Below are positions 12,528-25,505 of a stretch of DNA of 64,000 nt, one piece after another; position 1 is the stretch's first letter; every line of letters starts with the position of its first letter. The notes beneath the pieces were generated by a model, which was given only the letters and a program-made list of their open reading frames with translations, was not told the origin of the DNA and searched no databases. This stretch comes from Hydrolagus colliei (Eukaryota): assembly GCA_035084275.1 (NCBI GenBank), contig CM068761.1, forward strand, positions 744,001 through 808,000. The letters are read 5' to 3'. Made by a program: the position numbers and the translations under genes.

Positions 12528-15500
12528 TTTCTGTAAAGTCTAGTGATCGTGTATTAGAAATGTGATCTTTGAGAAAAGGCTTGATTTCTATTGGGACTTT
12601 GAAGACCCAAGTCTTGCCGTTGCTTTCCAGTGCTGATGTTCTCCTCTCTTGGCGCTATTAGTTCTTGGATTGGAAAAAAGTGCGAGACAGGGCAGGAGTG
12701 TTAACCAGCAAGCTTTTTCAGAGCCTGTCGGTTTCTGAGATTCCCATCTCCAGTCCAGATGCGCACAGACCTTTCATCATAAACTTCTAACACTTCAGAG
12801 ATGATTCTGAAACTCCTTGAATTGGTAGTGAAAATTTGAGGCTTCTATTGGGTTGTTTTGATAGAAAAACATTAAATGTGTGAACTACGGCGTTGTTCCT
12901 CCAAAAACGTATGGCATACAGGAAATTGCTTCACTTTTCTTAGTGTGGGGAAAGTAAGTTGAAGTGATTTGTGGAGTTTGTGAAGTTGGGACCTGTGCAT
13001 GTGTGCAAAATGATCTTTAACACCGAATTTTCATTTGTTGCTGGACTCAGCTTCTCAGCCACAAAATACAGTCCAATCACTTTACAATATGTTGTGTGAA
13101 ATACTTTTTAGACATTTCAAACACAAAATCAAATGCAAGGATCAATGCAAGGATCATTATTAGTAGTATTAAGCAATTTGCACTGATGGATAGTGATTTT
13201 ATTGGAAAACTAGAGCAACTCTCTGCCCTTAGAAGGGTGAAATCAAAGTAAATTCAGTCACAAACTAAAAATCTAGAAGCGATATAGAAGCTTGGGACTT
13301 CTGCAATGTTCTGTAATGCACTGCACTCTCATTCTGACTGCTTGCCAAAAGAAGGCTCTAAACATTAAAACATTCTCGCTACAAGTCCCTTGATGTACTT
13401 TCTGTTTCGCTCCTCAACGACACCACTTAATCCCATTCAAGATGATCATATTTTAAATATTCCTTTACGCTGTGAAATTGACTTTCATGAACCATTAATG
13501 CACAGTTATTACCCTACAGACTATTTGTCGGTGATTCAAGATTTCTCAAATGGCTCTGAAAAGGCTTGCTGGTTTATTTTCCTTGCTAAGTTATTTTATG
13601 CATTCTCCTATATATCTCTCTCTCAGGTCTCCCTACATTCTATCACAGCCAAGTGAAACACTTATCTTATCTTAGCTAATTGCTGTAAGTATCTGCCAGT
13701 ACTAACTTATTTCTTCTGGCTTCTCCTCCCATCTCCCATCGGGGATGATGTTCCTGGACCTGCTCTGCTGCTGGGGAAAAATTCTCAGTGTGAGTGATCA
13801 TGGATAGGTACCCCACAGTGTAGTGGGTCTGACCTGCGCTGCACCCAAGCTGTTTCTAATGGCAATGATTAACCTCTGACCTGTTGGGAAGCAGGCAGGA
13901 GCAGAAGGCATGATGCCATAAGGGCTCCACCTAGAGATACCGAGCCATCCTCAATGTTCACATGTAATTGTTGCACAGATGGATAGGGCTGCAAAGCTGG
14001 CTGCTGGGAGGTGGCTGGATTATATATATATATATATGTAGACCCTGCAGCAGGTCTACATTCAGCAGCTACCTGGCAAACATTAGCAGCCAATTCTGGG
14101 GATAATTATCTGCCTAATTTCAATCCGCAAAATGTACACTGATTTATCTCGATGCTTATTGGATCACTAAACCCACGGATTAGGATTATAAGAAGTGGTT
14201 GGCTAACGTGTCTCATGGTAAAGAAATGTGTTTGTAATCTGCTACAAACAGCAATAAATGCCCATGAATGGACAGTTGTTGCAGATTAAGGAAATTGCAT
14301 AAATGATTGGGATTTCACACCTGTGTGAAAAAGCCACATCGACTGTACAGTACAGCAGCTGACATCTGACTGTCAGTGGCAGAATACATGACACTGGGTG
14401 TGTGCGAGCTTTACTAGAGGGTGTAGCTTCTTGTAAATGTTTTAAAAGAACGTGAATTCTGTGACCATGAGCCCTGCCATCAGCCACACGACTTATTTCC
14501 CCAACCATGCATGGTCTGTAATTGTCTTGAGCTGAATCTTCGTTAGTTTCGAGGTATGTGACATTTGATCCTTTGAGGAATAAAATGAGGTACAGAATCC
14601 AAATCCAAATCTTGGGTCAATGGCCAGAGATGTCAGACCTGCCCTGTCACCATTATAAAATCGATTGCAAATCCATTTGAACTTTTCTGCTGTGGATTGG
14701 AGGTGGTGGTGAGAGGTGGTGAGAGGTAACACCAGTCTGATTTGAAGCATGTCGGTAACAGTGTCAAGAGTTCAGAGCACACGCTAGTTACAGCAGTTGG
14801 TGGCACAATATGAACCCCCGATTGTGTTACTGCCTTGGAACACCCTCCTTTTCTTTCAGTCTACGGCAGCTGTTAAGATTAATAAGTTTTAATCGGGCGC
14901 AAGTTGTAGCCGGCTTTGAACCTTATATTCGTATCCCGTGGGACTTGGGTCAGGGTTAAGCAGCACTCACAACAGTAACTAATTTGATGAACAGCTGCAT
15001 GTTGTCACAGGGCGACCGGCTTAGTTAGGAAAGGTAAAGCTGCTCATAAGACTCTTTTTGTGCGTAAAGGGCATCTTTCTGTATGCAGCAATGTGGTACT
15101 TTGGTACTGACCAGCAGGAGGGAGCCTGCTCCCACACATAAGCTGTTTATTTGTTTAGCTTGGCTGCACTTTTCTGTTGTTAAAGCTTTTTGATGGTTAT
15201 AAGAGGGAGGATTACAGTGGTTTACTCCTGGTGGGTGATGTCAAATCTCCTGCTTGCTTATTGCTGCCATCATTCTTCAGTAAGGTTTACAACATTTACA
15301 TTACTGCATCTCATCAGTTGAGCACCAGTGGCTCCCAAGCTGATGATGGTGGCTTTCTATTACGTGCTTGAGTTCCCCAACACTCTGCTGTGCCGCAGAT
15401 TGCGTTATATGAAGCGATATTGCGATGTGTTGTGGTTTCGCATTTGGATTTCTAGTAAAAGCCCCTATGCTCTTTGGGGTTGATGGCGAGGGTTTTATTC

Positions 15501-17188
15501 AGCCAAATTGGGTCCATGGTGACATGACTGGTAAATGAGAGTAGAGCTGAATCAGTGGTTCTGTATCTGCGGCAGGCAGGTCCACAGGGCCCAGCTTATG
15601 TATAAGTGGCCGGTCGGCCTCCCCACCTCCTCAGCGGGACTTAGTGAAGCAAAAGTCTCAGTGGGGGAGTGGATTTATGATAGCCTAACAACCTTACAAC
15701 TCACAGAATTGGAGTCAGTTTGGTGCCAGCCTTGGTGAACTCTTCTATGAAAGGACCTGTTTGCCTCATAGGGCTGTATTTTGTTCCATAAAATGTTGCC
15801 AGTTTCCAGTGCTGAATGGGCTCAATGTCTTGTACATTATTAGATTGGGATTTGGAAAACCATGGGAAGGTTGCAGGTTTGATAAGCTTCCTGTGAATCC
15901 TGTCGGGATTGTTTTGTGGGGTTTCTATCGACCTTCGCCTTCGAGCTGAAGATGAACAAAACAAAATAGGTTCAGTACCTGAGATACGTTAGATCTGTGC
16001 TGGTCCAGTGAAAGATGAGATGGTTTGACGTATTGTGGTGCAGTAGCGCCACTTACTGGAGCAGATTAGACATGGCCTTGTGTTTGTTATGGATGAGTTC
16101 ACCTTGAATAATTTAAGGCCATACTTCATTTCCCGTAATGGGCACCGTTCAGATGTCAACTGCACAGACTTGTGCTGAAAAAAAATGTCATCAATAAGGA
16201 AGCTGTTTTTCCCCCCAATAAATATTATTGTATCATATATGAACCGGGCTGGAGGAGACAGTAACATGAATTGTTACAGCTTTTCAGCATGTCTCAGGGG
16301 AGCTCGGCTTTCAGCGGAAGGTTAAGGTTCAGAGGGATTTGCAGCTTTCCATTTGCTGCAGAGTGAAGCATTCCGACAGCTTTCTAGATCCAATCTAGTC
16401 ATATGTTGCTGCTCTCTTGTGACCCTGAATGTGAGTTCTGTGGTTGTGTTTTGCCTTCACTACAAGACTGATAAAGAGTAAATATTTAAAACATCCGTAC
16501 CCTTTCAGGGCGGTACTTGAGGGGAAATTGAATCTTCCCAGCAAAAGGATAACAATGGAAAAACAAACTTGCCTTTTGATATCACAAGCAGTTTGTAGAA
16601 CTGTTGTGTGTTGGTTAGCTGTGGGAAATGTTTGAAGAATTTCTTTTTGGCAATTTGCCTGTGCCCAGCAGGTGACTCGTGAGACTTGTCTAAAGAACAA
16701 TTCTTATTTGTCTTGGAATGTTAACGTTTGCATCACCCACCATTCGCTGTGTGAAAGAGTAGACAGCCAGGTCTCAGACAGACCTCTGCCAACTGTGCCT
16801 GCGAGGAGCTGTGTGATTGGCTCCTCCCTGTGAGAAGTGGCCAGCTCTCTACTCTGGGCTTTCCTCCATCAGCCCGACAGGCGCATGTAAACACAGTGTG
16901 CCAATGCTCCCACCAAACTAGTGCCATTTTTAGGGTCTTCATCTAATGACCTGAGGAGCCTGACTCCTGGTTTCATTACATTGTACTCCAATATACGTTC
17001 AAGTGGTCTGAGAGCAATTCTATAAGATGGAACAGTTAGGGATTGCATGGCAGGGATGGGGGAATAAGGTACCTTTCTGAAACCTGAATTTTGCCTTGTG
17101 CCGGCTGTTATTTTTCATTATTTTCAATTAAATAAACTCTCAAAGTGGCTAGGCATATAGACTAACCACACAGTCTGTAGATTACTCT

Positions 17189-17240
17189 CCTCCCCCCCTC
17201 CCCCCCCCCCCCCTCCCCCCCAAACACACACACACACACA
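17189..17240. repeat. Poly-C tract plus (CA)n
   Basis: Directly visible. Confidence 0.9.
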
Positions 17241-18120
17241 ACTTTCTAGCTAACAGCTGTAGCCAAAATTGAGGAAATCTCAGTATTGAGATTTCAGTGT
17301 GTGTGGTCAGTGTGAGGATCTGCTCAGACAGAGGCTGCCATCTCCTGGTTGAACACGAGGAGCACTGGCAATATGAGATGTTTGAAATAAAGCTTTTTTT
17401 ATTTTGCTTTGCTAGCTACAACATTAATAAATAGCGAGTTCTACTGGGAGCTGTAAGACTTTGAGTCAGAGATATGGTTTAATCTGTGCCTCTCGCTCAT
17501 TCTGTATTAAGTACTGAAAAGCATCGTACTGTGGTAGTGATTCATTCTTTTATTATCAGAACACTTCTGCTCAGAACAGGGGAGAGATTTGTAACTCCAG
17601 TACAAAGTGGAACCTATAGAAAATGATGAGTGCTCCTTGAATTATTGTAGTTTCTGCACATTATTTCCATTGTATGAAACTTGGAGATTGCCTGAATCGC
17701 ATTTTCTTCCCCTCCATCATCCCCTCCCAACAGTCCCAAGTTCTAACAGTTTGTTTTCATTCTGAAGATCTCGGTAACCTATCAAAGCTTGCTGAGAATA
17801 CGGAAAAAATTGAAAAGCTACCTTAAATCATACCTTTTTTTATTGGGGTACAATGGGCTACTGACACTTTAATGCTACGTAGGGTACAGCCGATTAGTTA
17901 ATTCCATGGCTGCTGTCTGAATTTCAACCTCCGTATTCTCAGTGGCAACATGTATGTATTGAGGGCATGTGGGAAGGATAGTGTGCAGTGTGGAGGTGGG
18001 GAGAAAGAGGTAGAAGTGGGTGATTGGAAAATCGTGGTACATGGTTGTGGAGAATACTTGTACAGTGCAATGGATTGTTTTGCTGCTGAAATGAATCCCG
18101 CAAATGCACACCAATCCTTT

Positions 18121-18487
18121 AAATAATAATCCTTACGTTTGATATGACGTCTCTCACATCTTCTGGATGTCTCAAAGCACTTCACAGAATATACTGCAAA
18201 TTTAATTGACTGTATATTTGTGGGCAAAATGTGGCAGCCAATTGCTCACAGCAGTGTCCCACAAACAGTTGTGGATATAGTTAGTGATCAAATTTTTTTT
18301 TGAGGTATTATTATACCCGGAAAAGCAATGCCCCAAATCGGCTAACTACTGGGTTCCTACTTACTGACAGGTAAACAGATGCGGGTGGAGTAAGGAAACC
18401 TGCCCAACATTTCGCCCTGCTGGGAATAAAACCCAAGGACTCTCGCTAGATCGGCGAGTGCTCTAACCACTGAGCTACAGACTCCAA
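18121..18487 (-). mobile_element. tRNA-derived SINE (holocephalan SINE2-like head plus Deu-type 3' part and ATT tail)
   Basis: Minus strand starts GGAGTCTGTAGCTCAGTGGTTAGAGCACTCGC...GGGCAGGTTTCCTTACTCCAC..TGTTTACCT and ends tgtttgtgggac..attggctgcc..gtgaagtgctttgagacatc..ggattattatt. Confidence 0.75.
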
Positions 18488-18799
18488 AGTCTTATGTTGA
18501 TTTTCAAAATCTGACCTCAAAACCTGACTCCAACTGACCAGTCTCATACCAGTAGTCACAGTTGGTGGCTGTGTAAGACAGCAGTAAGCGATGTGACCTC
18601 TGATTACCTTCCCTTTCCCTACGTCCTGATCGGGTAGCTTAAATGTGCTTTTCAGCTGCAACTGATCCAAACACATTGACACTGTGCGTTGGGCAGAGTG
18701 TGACTGTATGTGGCCATCGGCCAAGACAGAGATTTTCACCCGGGAATTTGAATCGCTGGAAGCGTGTGTATTGCCAAGCCACTCCTCAAACTGATCTTT

Positions 18800-18957
18800 C
18801 GCGGAGCAAGTTGGGCAAGTTTCCTTACTTCCACACACCTGACAATAATTACTCAAAAAAAAAAAAAAATTGGTCATTTCAATCCAGGGCTGTTTGTAGG
18901 ACAGTGCTGTGCGCAATTGGCGGACGGGTTTCAAATACAAGGATTTTTATTATTAGC
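18800..18957 (+). mobile_element. Fragment of the same SINE family, opposite orientation
   Basis: ttgggcaagtttccttacttccacac...gctgtttgtaggacagtgctgtgcgcaattggc...aaatacaaggatttttattatt. Confidence 0.65.
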
Positions 18958-19666
18958 TTTGGTTGATGCTTGCACTCGCTGTTCCTCTTGTCGACTTTCT
19001 CTAAAGCTTTGTTTATAAGCTATTTCCTGGTATTCTTCAAAGGCTTTTCCCAAAGCTCTGTTGAAGTAGCGATCAAAGATATTTGTATTTATTGCCATTT
19101 CCTTGCTGTCTATTGTTACCATTATTATGAAATTTACACAATGTTGTATAACCAGACAAACTGTTTTGCTTCCTGTGGGAAAACCTTGGCAATCGTATAA
19201 CAAAACAATGTGGTGCCAAACAAATAAGGCAAAAGCCTTTAAAATGTGATCTGTGTTAGCCATTTTAAAATCCATTACCCTCCACCACTGATATTCTAAG
19301 TGAAACCACTAAATTCAAACAAAAAATCCTGCAGCAGAGAAGGAAAGGTTCAAAGGACGTGTTTCCTGCCACCCCCTTTGCTACTCTTGCACAATTTAAA
19401 GGAATCTCAAGAGCTGAGAAGAGACACAGCATGAAATTTGTCGGGCTGTAACTTTGAAAATAGGCAAGCGTTTTCTAATGTCCAGCAATTGGAAAAGTGT
19501 GCAGACATCAGAGGGACGTCTCTGGCTTGATCTTTAATAGATTAACTGAATAATCTATTACCATCTGAACTTTATTAAGAGCAGCCTCTACAGTTTTTCA
19601 GTCCAGTATCTGTTATCCTTGGGACACTGACTTGTCATCCAAGATCTCATTCGTTATCACCTGGAA

Positions 19667-19693
19667 CTCTCTCTCTCTCTCTCTCTCTCTCTC
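19667..19693. repeat. (CT)n microsatellite
   Basis: Directly visible. Confidence 0.9.
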
Positions 19694-19862
19694 CCCTAAA
19701 AGGTTGTGGATGGTGGATCTATTCAAGAATGAAGTGGATAGATTTTTGTTCGGTCTCAAAGGATATGAGACAAGGCCGGGTAATTGGAGTTGAGGTATAG
19801 ATCAGCCATGATCTTAGAGAATGTGGAACAAGTTCCAGAGGCTGAATTCCTATGGTCCTATT
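19690..19862 (+). mobile_element. CR1-clade LINE 3' end
   Basis: ttcaag..gatagatttttg..aaggatatg..ggagttgagg..agatcagccatgatctt..gaatg..gaggctgaa..cctat, the typical chondrichthyan CR1 3' end. Confidence 0.75.
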
Positions 19863-20844
19863 AGTATAAACGTTCCTGTTTTCCCTTCCTTCACACTCCA
19901 TATCATGAGCTACTTCCAGTATTTGGAATTGGAGGGTGTTTAAAGGAAGTCAATTTAATTTGTCCATCGATTCTCCATCCCACACAGTGACAGACATCTT
20001 CTCTGGTTCCCCGGTTAAGATGACACACTTGCGAATGGGGACATCATATCACCCCTTCAAATGGTAATAAATAATAATACAATTCACTTCAACATCCGAG
20101 AAACCGTACCAAATCTTTTGTCTTCAATTTAAACTTCAATTTAAATCTTATTTCATATTAAAAATTTGTATAGAGAGTATGTCATCATTCCTTAAAACTA
20201 TTTTAGATAGAGATTGTGGATATGGAGCATGTTAATGGGAAGAGGGATGCTGTGTTCTCGATGAATGCACAATTTGATTGTTACAGCGAGCCTGCAGAGT
20301 CCTGTGGGCACTCACTCATTGTACATGTTGGAAGTGCAATGATTCTTTCTCACTGAACAGTTATAATGGTGCAGTGCTGAGGTGCTGGGTGAAATAGATC
20401 TGTAAGGAATTTACTCCAAAATCATCTAGGTCCACTGCATGGGAGGAAATGGAAACGTTCTCAGTCTCACTTAATGGTATTTTTATTTGAGCATCACTGA
20501 CTATTTTAAATCAGAATATCCGAATGGCCCAATCAAAAATAGACCCAACTGTGATTGCTTTACACAAAATATATTGACAATAGACCTTATCCTGGGGAAA
20601 GAAAGACATCAGGATTCCACAATTTCAGTGGTTTATTAAAAACAGTTTTTTTTGTTGATACATAAATCATGAGTCTACACTTGAATTCACTTTTGGATTT
20701 TTATATTGGCAATGTGTTCATTAAAAAAAATTGGAGCAATTTAGTATGCATAATGGTACCAAACTACATGGAAAGCATCCAAAAGTACATGAAGAAATGA
20801 AAGGGGAAGCTTGGTGGAAAGTTTTTGCAGCTCATTAAATAAAG

Positions 20845-21085
20845 GGTATTAGTGGAAGATTGGGAAACAGCAAATGTTCCAATTTAAATTAGAAGCATAA
20901 GCCTGGATATTATTGGCCTGTAAATGTGATACCTGTGGTGGAAAAATCATTAGAATCCATCATAAAGGTAACAATTCGAACACATTTAACAAGAGTAAAA
21001 GCAATGAATTGCAGGCCAGCACAGGTTAATAAAAGGTTTTGGATTTCACTTTGCCTGACTTTCAGAAGATATTTAATAAGGTGTG
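20845..21085 (+). mobile_element. CR1 RT internal fragment, decayed
   Basis: EDWETANVPI...KPGYYWPV...PVVEKSLESIIK, matching CR1 EDWxxANVxPxFK..PGNYRPVSLTxVVGKxLESII. Confidence 0.7.
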
Positions 21086-21484
21086 ATTTGTGGCAGAAGG
21101 GGACACTGTGTGCTTAGTATTGAGAACTTCCGTCTAAGACCGTAAAGTTTTGATTTAGCTGCAGCCTTTTGTGTGGGGAAGGGGTCGAAATATAGCAGGA
21201 TAGAGCATTGCATACAATTGAAAATACAATTTCTGTCCTAGGAACTCATGAGGTAACAGTAATCTAGCACCAGTTTGTTAATATATTTTTTAAATCTACA
21301 TTCAAATACTTTGTGCTTCAAATGTATTCTTAGAGTAAATATGATCAAAAGTTAGTTTAAAATGTCATAGTTGAGCAAGGTTCTGATACATCTGTGAAGT
21401 GTGATTCTATTGCAACAACCAATAGTGTCCGCTATTGCAGATTTGTGACAGAGGTCACAAGTAATATAGTTCAAATTAACCTGT

Positions 21485-21780
21485 CCACTCCCTCCGCTCG
21501 GCAAATTCCAGCCTGCTCCACGTCCCCCGCTCAGCATATCCAATTATCGGTGGTCGGGCCTTCAGCCTCGCTGCCCCCACCCTTTGGAACTCCCTCCCAC
21601 AGTCCCTTCGCCTCGATCCCTCCCTTACCTCTCAAGAATGCTCCTCTTCGACAATGCCTTCTGCCACCCGTCTCCCCTGCCCTCCACCCATACTGATTCC
21701 TAGCTCAGGTAAATCCCTGATTAGCCAGAGCCTTGGTATGACCTCCTGATGTGAAGGGTACAAATGCAATCTGTTGTTGT
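21485..21780 (+). mobile_element. L2 LINE 3' fragment
   Basis: SLRSANSSLLHVPRSAYPIIGGRAFSLAAPTLWNSLPQSLR (L2 ORF2 C-terminus), followed by a decayed aaatgcaatctgttgttgt tail. Confidence 0.85.
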
Positions 21781-22699
21781 AAATACAGGAAGGATAGAAC
21801 AGGAAGCATAATGTGAAATCATAACTGAGATCCAACAGTCTCTCCCCAGAGAGAGATGTCAACTTTAATTACCAACTTAATGAGCGATCGCATTTGTTTC
21901 ATGGTCAAGCGGTTGATCAATTCTTTGAGGCCTGAATTTCTTTTAACAATGTCTGTAACGTGACCATGCAAATATAGTGAGTTTACTCTTAATCTGAACT
22001 TGGTATTGAGAAATTAAAAGGTTTTTGTATTTAATCCCCTCTTGTATTAGCTGACTCAGTCAGTCCGTTATCTTTCTTGGGTAAAATCCATTCACTACTT
22101 TCCGCTGAATTAAAGCTCTCTCCTGAGTTTCAGTCCATGCCCCCCGTCACTAATGCTCTTTGCAACAGATTTGTTTTTTGTGCATCTCCAATACCATATC
22201 AGTAATTGAGAATTGTTGATTGCTTCCCCTTATAGCTGCTATTACCCTCAGTTTTCCACACATTTTGTTGACCCTGTCTACAGATTTAAAACCGTCAAAT
22301 TTTATTCCAAAACAATGGCTCACTTTGTAATTGCTGAGATATGAACTTGGCTTTGTATGAAAGGTGGAGTGGGATTGACTGGATGATATGGTTTATATCT
22401 GGCAGACTCCAGCATGCGATACCTTCCCACCTTATCTAATCAGTGATTTTGATGTCTATTTTCGCACATCTTAATTCTGATAACTTTTAATTCAATTGCT
22501 TCAGATCAACAGCATTATTTCCGAGAAGCTGTTGACTTATAGATAGGCAAACCTTTATTTGCACAGCCTATCATCTGCCCTGTTCACTGCACAACAAAGC
22601 TTAGTATTAACTGACGCAATGATAAATATTGTGTCTAGTTAAACATCAAGTATTTCTCTGAATTCTTTTATTGCACTGTTGCAGCTGTAACTGTTCATA

Positions 22700-22825
22700 T
22701 TCTTCACAGTTCACAGTGGTGTCCCACAAACAGCCGTGGATTGAAAAATTACCCAAGTTTCTCGCTTGTAAGGCGAATGCTCTAACCACTGAGCTACAGG
22801 ACTCCACTGAGCTACACGACTCTAC
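22700..22825 (-). mobile_element. Internally deleted tRNA-SINE with tandemly duplicated 5' end
   Basis: gctctaaccactgagctacaggactc followed by cactgagctacacgactc; gtgtcccacaaacagc body remnant. Confidence 0.65.
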
Positions 22826-24158
22826 AGGGTTGGGGGGGGAAAAAGAGCCACATCGCATTGTAGTTATCTGAGCTGACTCATAGTTTGTTGGGATAAATTG
22901 ATCAAATAAAGTGACAGATGTAGTACAGAAGCCAGCTGCCATTTTATCACGAGGCCTGCAAGAAGTTACTGTACAATCACCATGAACTTGCAGAAAGACC
23001 ACAGAGAATTTATTGTGGCATGGTAAGGGGATCTCAGTGTTCATTTGTGCATCAATGTTCATTTGTGAAACCAGTTGCTGGCAATGTCAGAAAGTTAGTA
23101 TTTTCATGCGAATCAGTCCTTATGTGTTATGTCCTTATGTGGCATGTTAGTTTTCTCTCTTGATCATATGGTCAAAGGACACGATGAGGCGGTTTCCGTT
23201 CAAATTGCCTCATTCAGAGAAGGCCACATATTTAGTCCTTATGTTCATACAGAACTTGGTATGACACAAAATGTAATAGTTGCAAAGTGTTTTGTAAAGG
23301 TGTCCAGCTTGTGTTTTAATTGACCTGCTGTGTAAAGCTTCCTTCTTTGCAAGCGGAATACACAACTCGATTTTACAGAAGGAAACCGGGAGATTACAGT
23401 GAATTGCCAGCCAGATTTTCCTTTACACATTCTACATACTGTATATATGTAGAATATATATATATTTAGTTGTTAGTTGGATGATAATTATCTTACCTGA
23501 TTTGGGGTCTGGCATGTTTGCATGTCACAGCAATAATTTATTTTTTCAGGAAGTATATGGATGGTTTGTGCGCTGCCCACTTGGTGTAATGTACACAACA
23601 CATTCAGGAGTAGCCCAGAGCTGGTGTTTAATGCATGTGTTTTGATATAAATGTCTAATGAGGGATGCTGCCTTTGTTTAATTTTGGTCATACAGCCTGT
23701 ATTGGAGATAGCCTGAAGCCTTTGGATCCAGCTAAAATGCCATACAGTAATAAGCTTGTCAGTGTCACACGTTATCTATGAAACTAGGGCAGGCTACAGG
23801 AAATGAACGTCTGTTGATTCCCGAGTTCCCTGTTGCAAGTTTGGGGCTCTCTTTCCCTTTCCCTTTTATTGTGCCTCTAAAGAAACAGGCTTTAGCCTCC
23901 ACCCTCCAGTTCTTCACTCTCAGGCAATTCATTCAGAAGGTCCTGGGCCAGAGAGTCTTGGGGTGTTCTGCTTTTTGGATTCCTTCAATCTCTATAACCA
24001 GTGATGTACGTTGAAACAATTGTCCACCACTTGAGTTTACTGCTGCTATCTGTAAAGAGGAATTGACCACCTCAGTGACCTCCTGTGATTGAGTGCCAGT
24101 GCAGTGAGAGTGATGGAAAAGCAACAACCAAGTCGACTATAACGCTCATCTTACAGGA

Positions 24159-24690
24159 ATAACAACAACAACTTGCATTTATACAGCACCTGCCATGCCA
24201 GGCGGAGAGTTCAGAGTGCTTAACAATGGCCGAGGCAAGCCAGGGGGAGGGGGAAGGTGACTGTAGGCACAGTTGAAGTGGAAGGTCTCCAGGCGCGAGC
24301 TGAAGATGGGGAAAGACGGGGTGAGAGGCAAAGGGTTGAGGAAGGAAGTTCCAAAGTTCGGGGCATAGTGGCTGAAAACATGGCCGCCGATGGTGGAGAG
24401 GACGATTCGGGGGACAAAGAGGAGGGCAGACCTAGTAGAGCAGAGGCTGCGGGTGCAGCTTGTAGGAGAGAGGAGGTTAGAGAGATAGGAGGGTGGCAAA
24501 GAATGGAGAGGATTCAAACACGAGTGAAGATCTTGAAGTTGATCCACTCTGTGACAGGGAGCCACAGAATCCTTTAGCGAGGACTGGGGTAATCGGGGTA
24601 TCGAGTGAGAGTGAAATCGGTTTGGTGCGAGTGAGAATGTGGGCTGCGGAGTTTCGAATGAGCTGAATTTTGTAAATAATGGCGGAGAAA
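24159..24690 (-). mobile_element. L2 LINE 3' fragment
   Basis: Minus ORF 24179-24565 contains PSYLSNLL..TRSLCS..LLFVPR..STIGGHVFSHYAP..SRLETF; (CAA)n tail at 24159-24171. Confidence 0.85.
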
Positions 24691-25314
24691 TGTAGTGCTG
24701 GTGGTTTGAAAGAACTTAAGTGTCATTATATATCTTTGCTTTAGAATATGATGAAGAGAGAAACTTACTGAACATAAGTTCAGGAATTGTGGCGCGACCA
24801 CTCCTCTTTTAGACCATTCTGACAGCATGGCATCAGAAGATACCTTCTACATTGGCTGCCAGACCCGATTATATGAGAGAGCTCAGGTTTGTTTTTCCCC
24901 CAGTGGCTGCGAGGGGCAATCACATTTGCTGTGTTATGTTCAGTTCATTTTCAAGCATTCAGTCCTGATCCATAATGAAGCAAGATGTCACAAAGACTAG
25001 TTTTCAAACCCAGTGTAAACTACTTCAGGGTGTTTACATATGCTGAAGGGCAGAGTTATTGCCTTCAATGCTTATCATGGAAATTCAATGCTTTGACTTA
25101 TCACATCTGCCTTGGCTTGTCTGATGGCATCCAGTGGGGTAGAGTACACAGTCCATAACAAATCATTCAATAAAAGCACCAAAGCAAACGTAGAAAGTCT
25201 GCCCTGCTGGTACAGACTGCTCCTGTCCACATGTCCACCACTGCTTCACGGCACAGCATAGAAAAATAAATGACAAAGCAGGAGCCTTCAGCTCGGCTCA
25301 GTGCTCCAAGCAAG

Positions 25315-25505
25315 TGTCAGTTTGGCTCAGTCGGAGGCTCTCTTACTTCCGATCAGAATGTCAGGGGTTTAAGCACCAGCATTTGAGCTCATAATCTTGG
25401 CTGACACTGTAGTGCAGCACTGCTGCATTGTAGGAGATCGTACGTGTCCATTGACACAAGAAGCCAAGGTTCTGTCTGGCTGTTGAAGTTGACATGAAAG
25501 ATTGG
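25315..25505 (+). mobile_element. DeuSINE-type SINE, 5' half, decayed
   Basis: tggctcagtcgg..cagaatgtcaggggtttaag..ttgagctcataatcttggctgacactgtagtgcagcactg. Confidence 0.6.

Noticed and set aside
16740-16950. Possible LF-SINE remnant
   Set aside because: Only a weak tggcacta..ttggcac similarity; not enough to call.
18400-18487. tRNA gene (also ~22760-22805, ~27140-27200, ~49497-49555)
   Set aside because: A/B-box-like motifs run into SINE bodies and no complete cloverleaf is evident; these are SINE heads.
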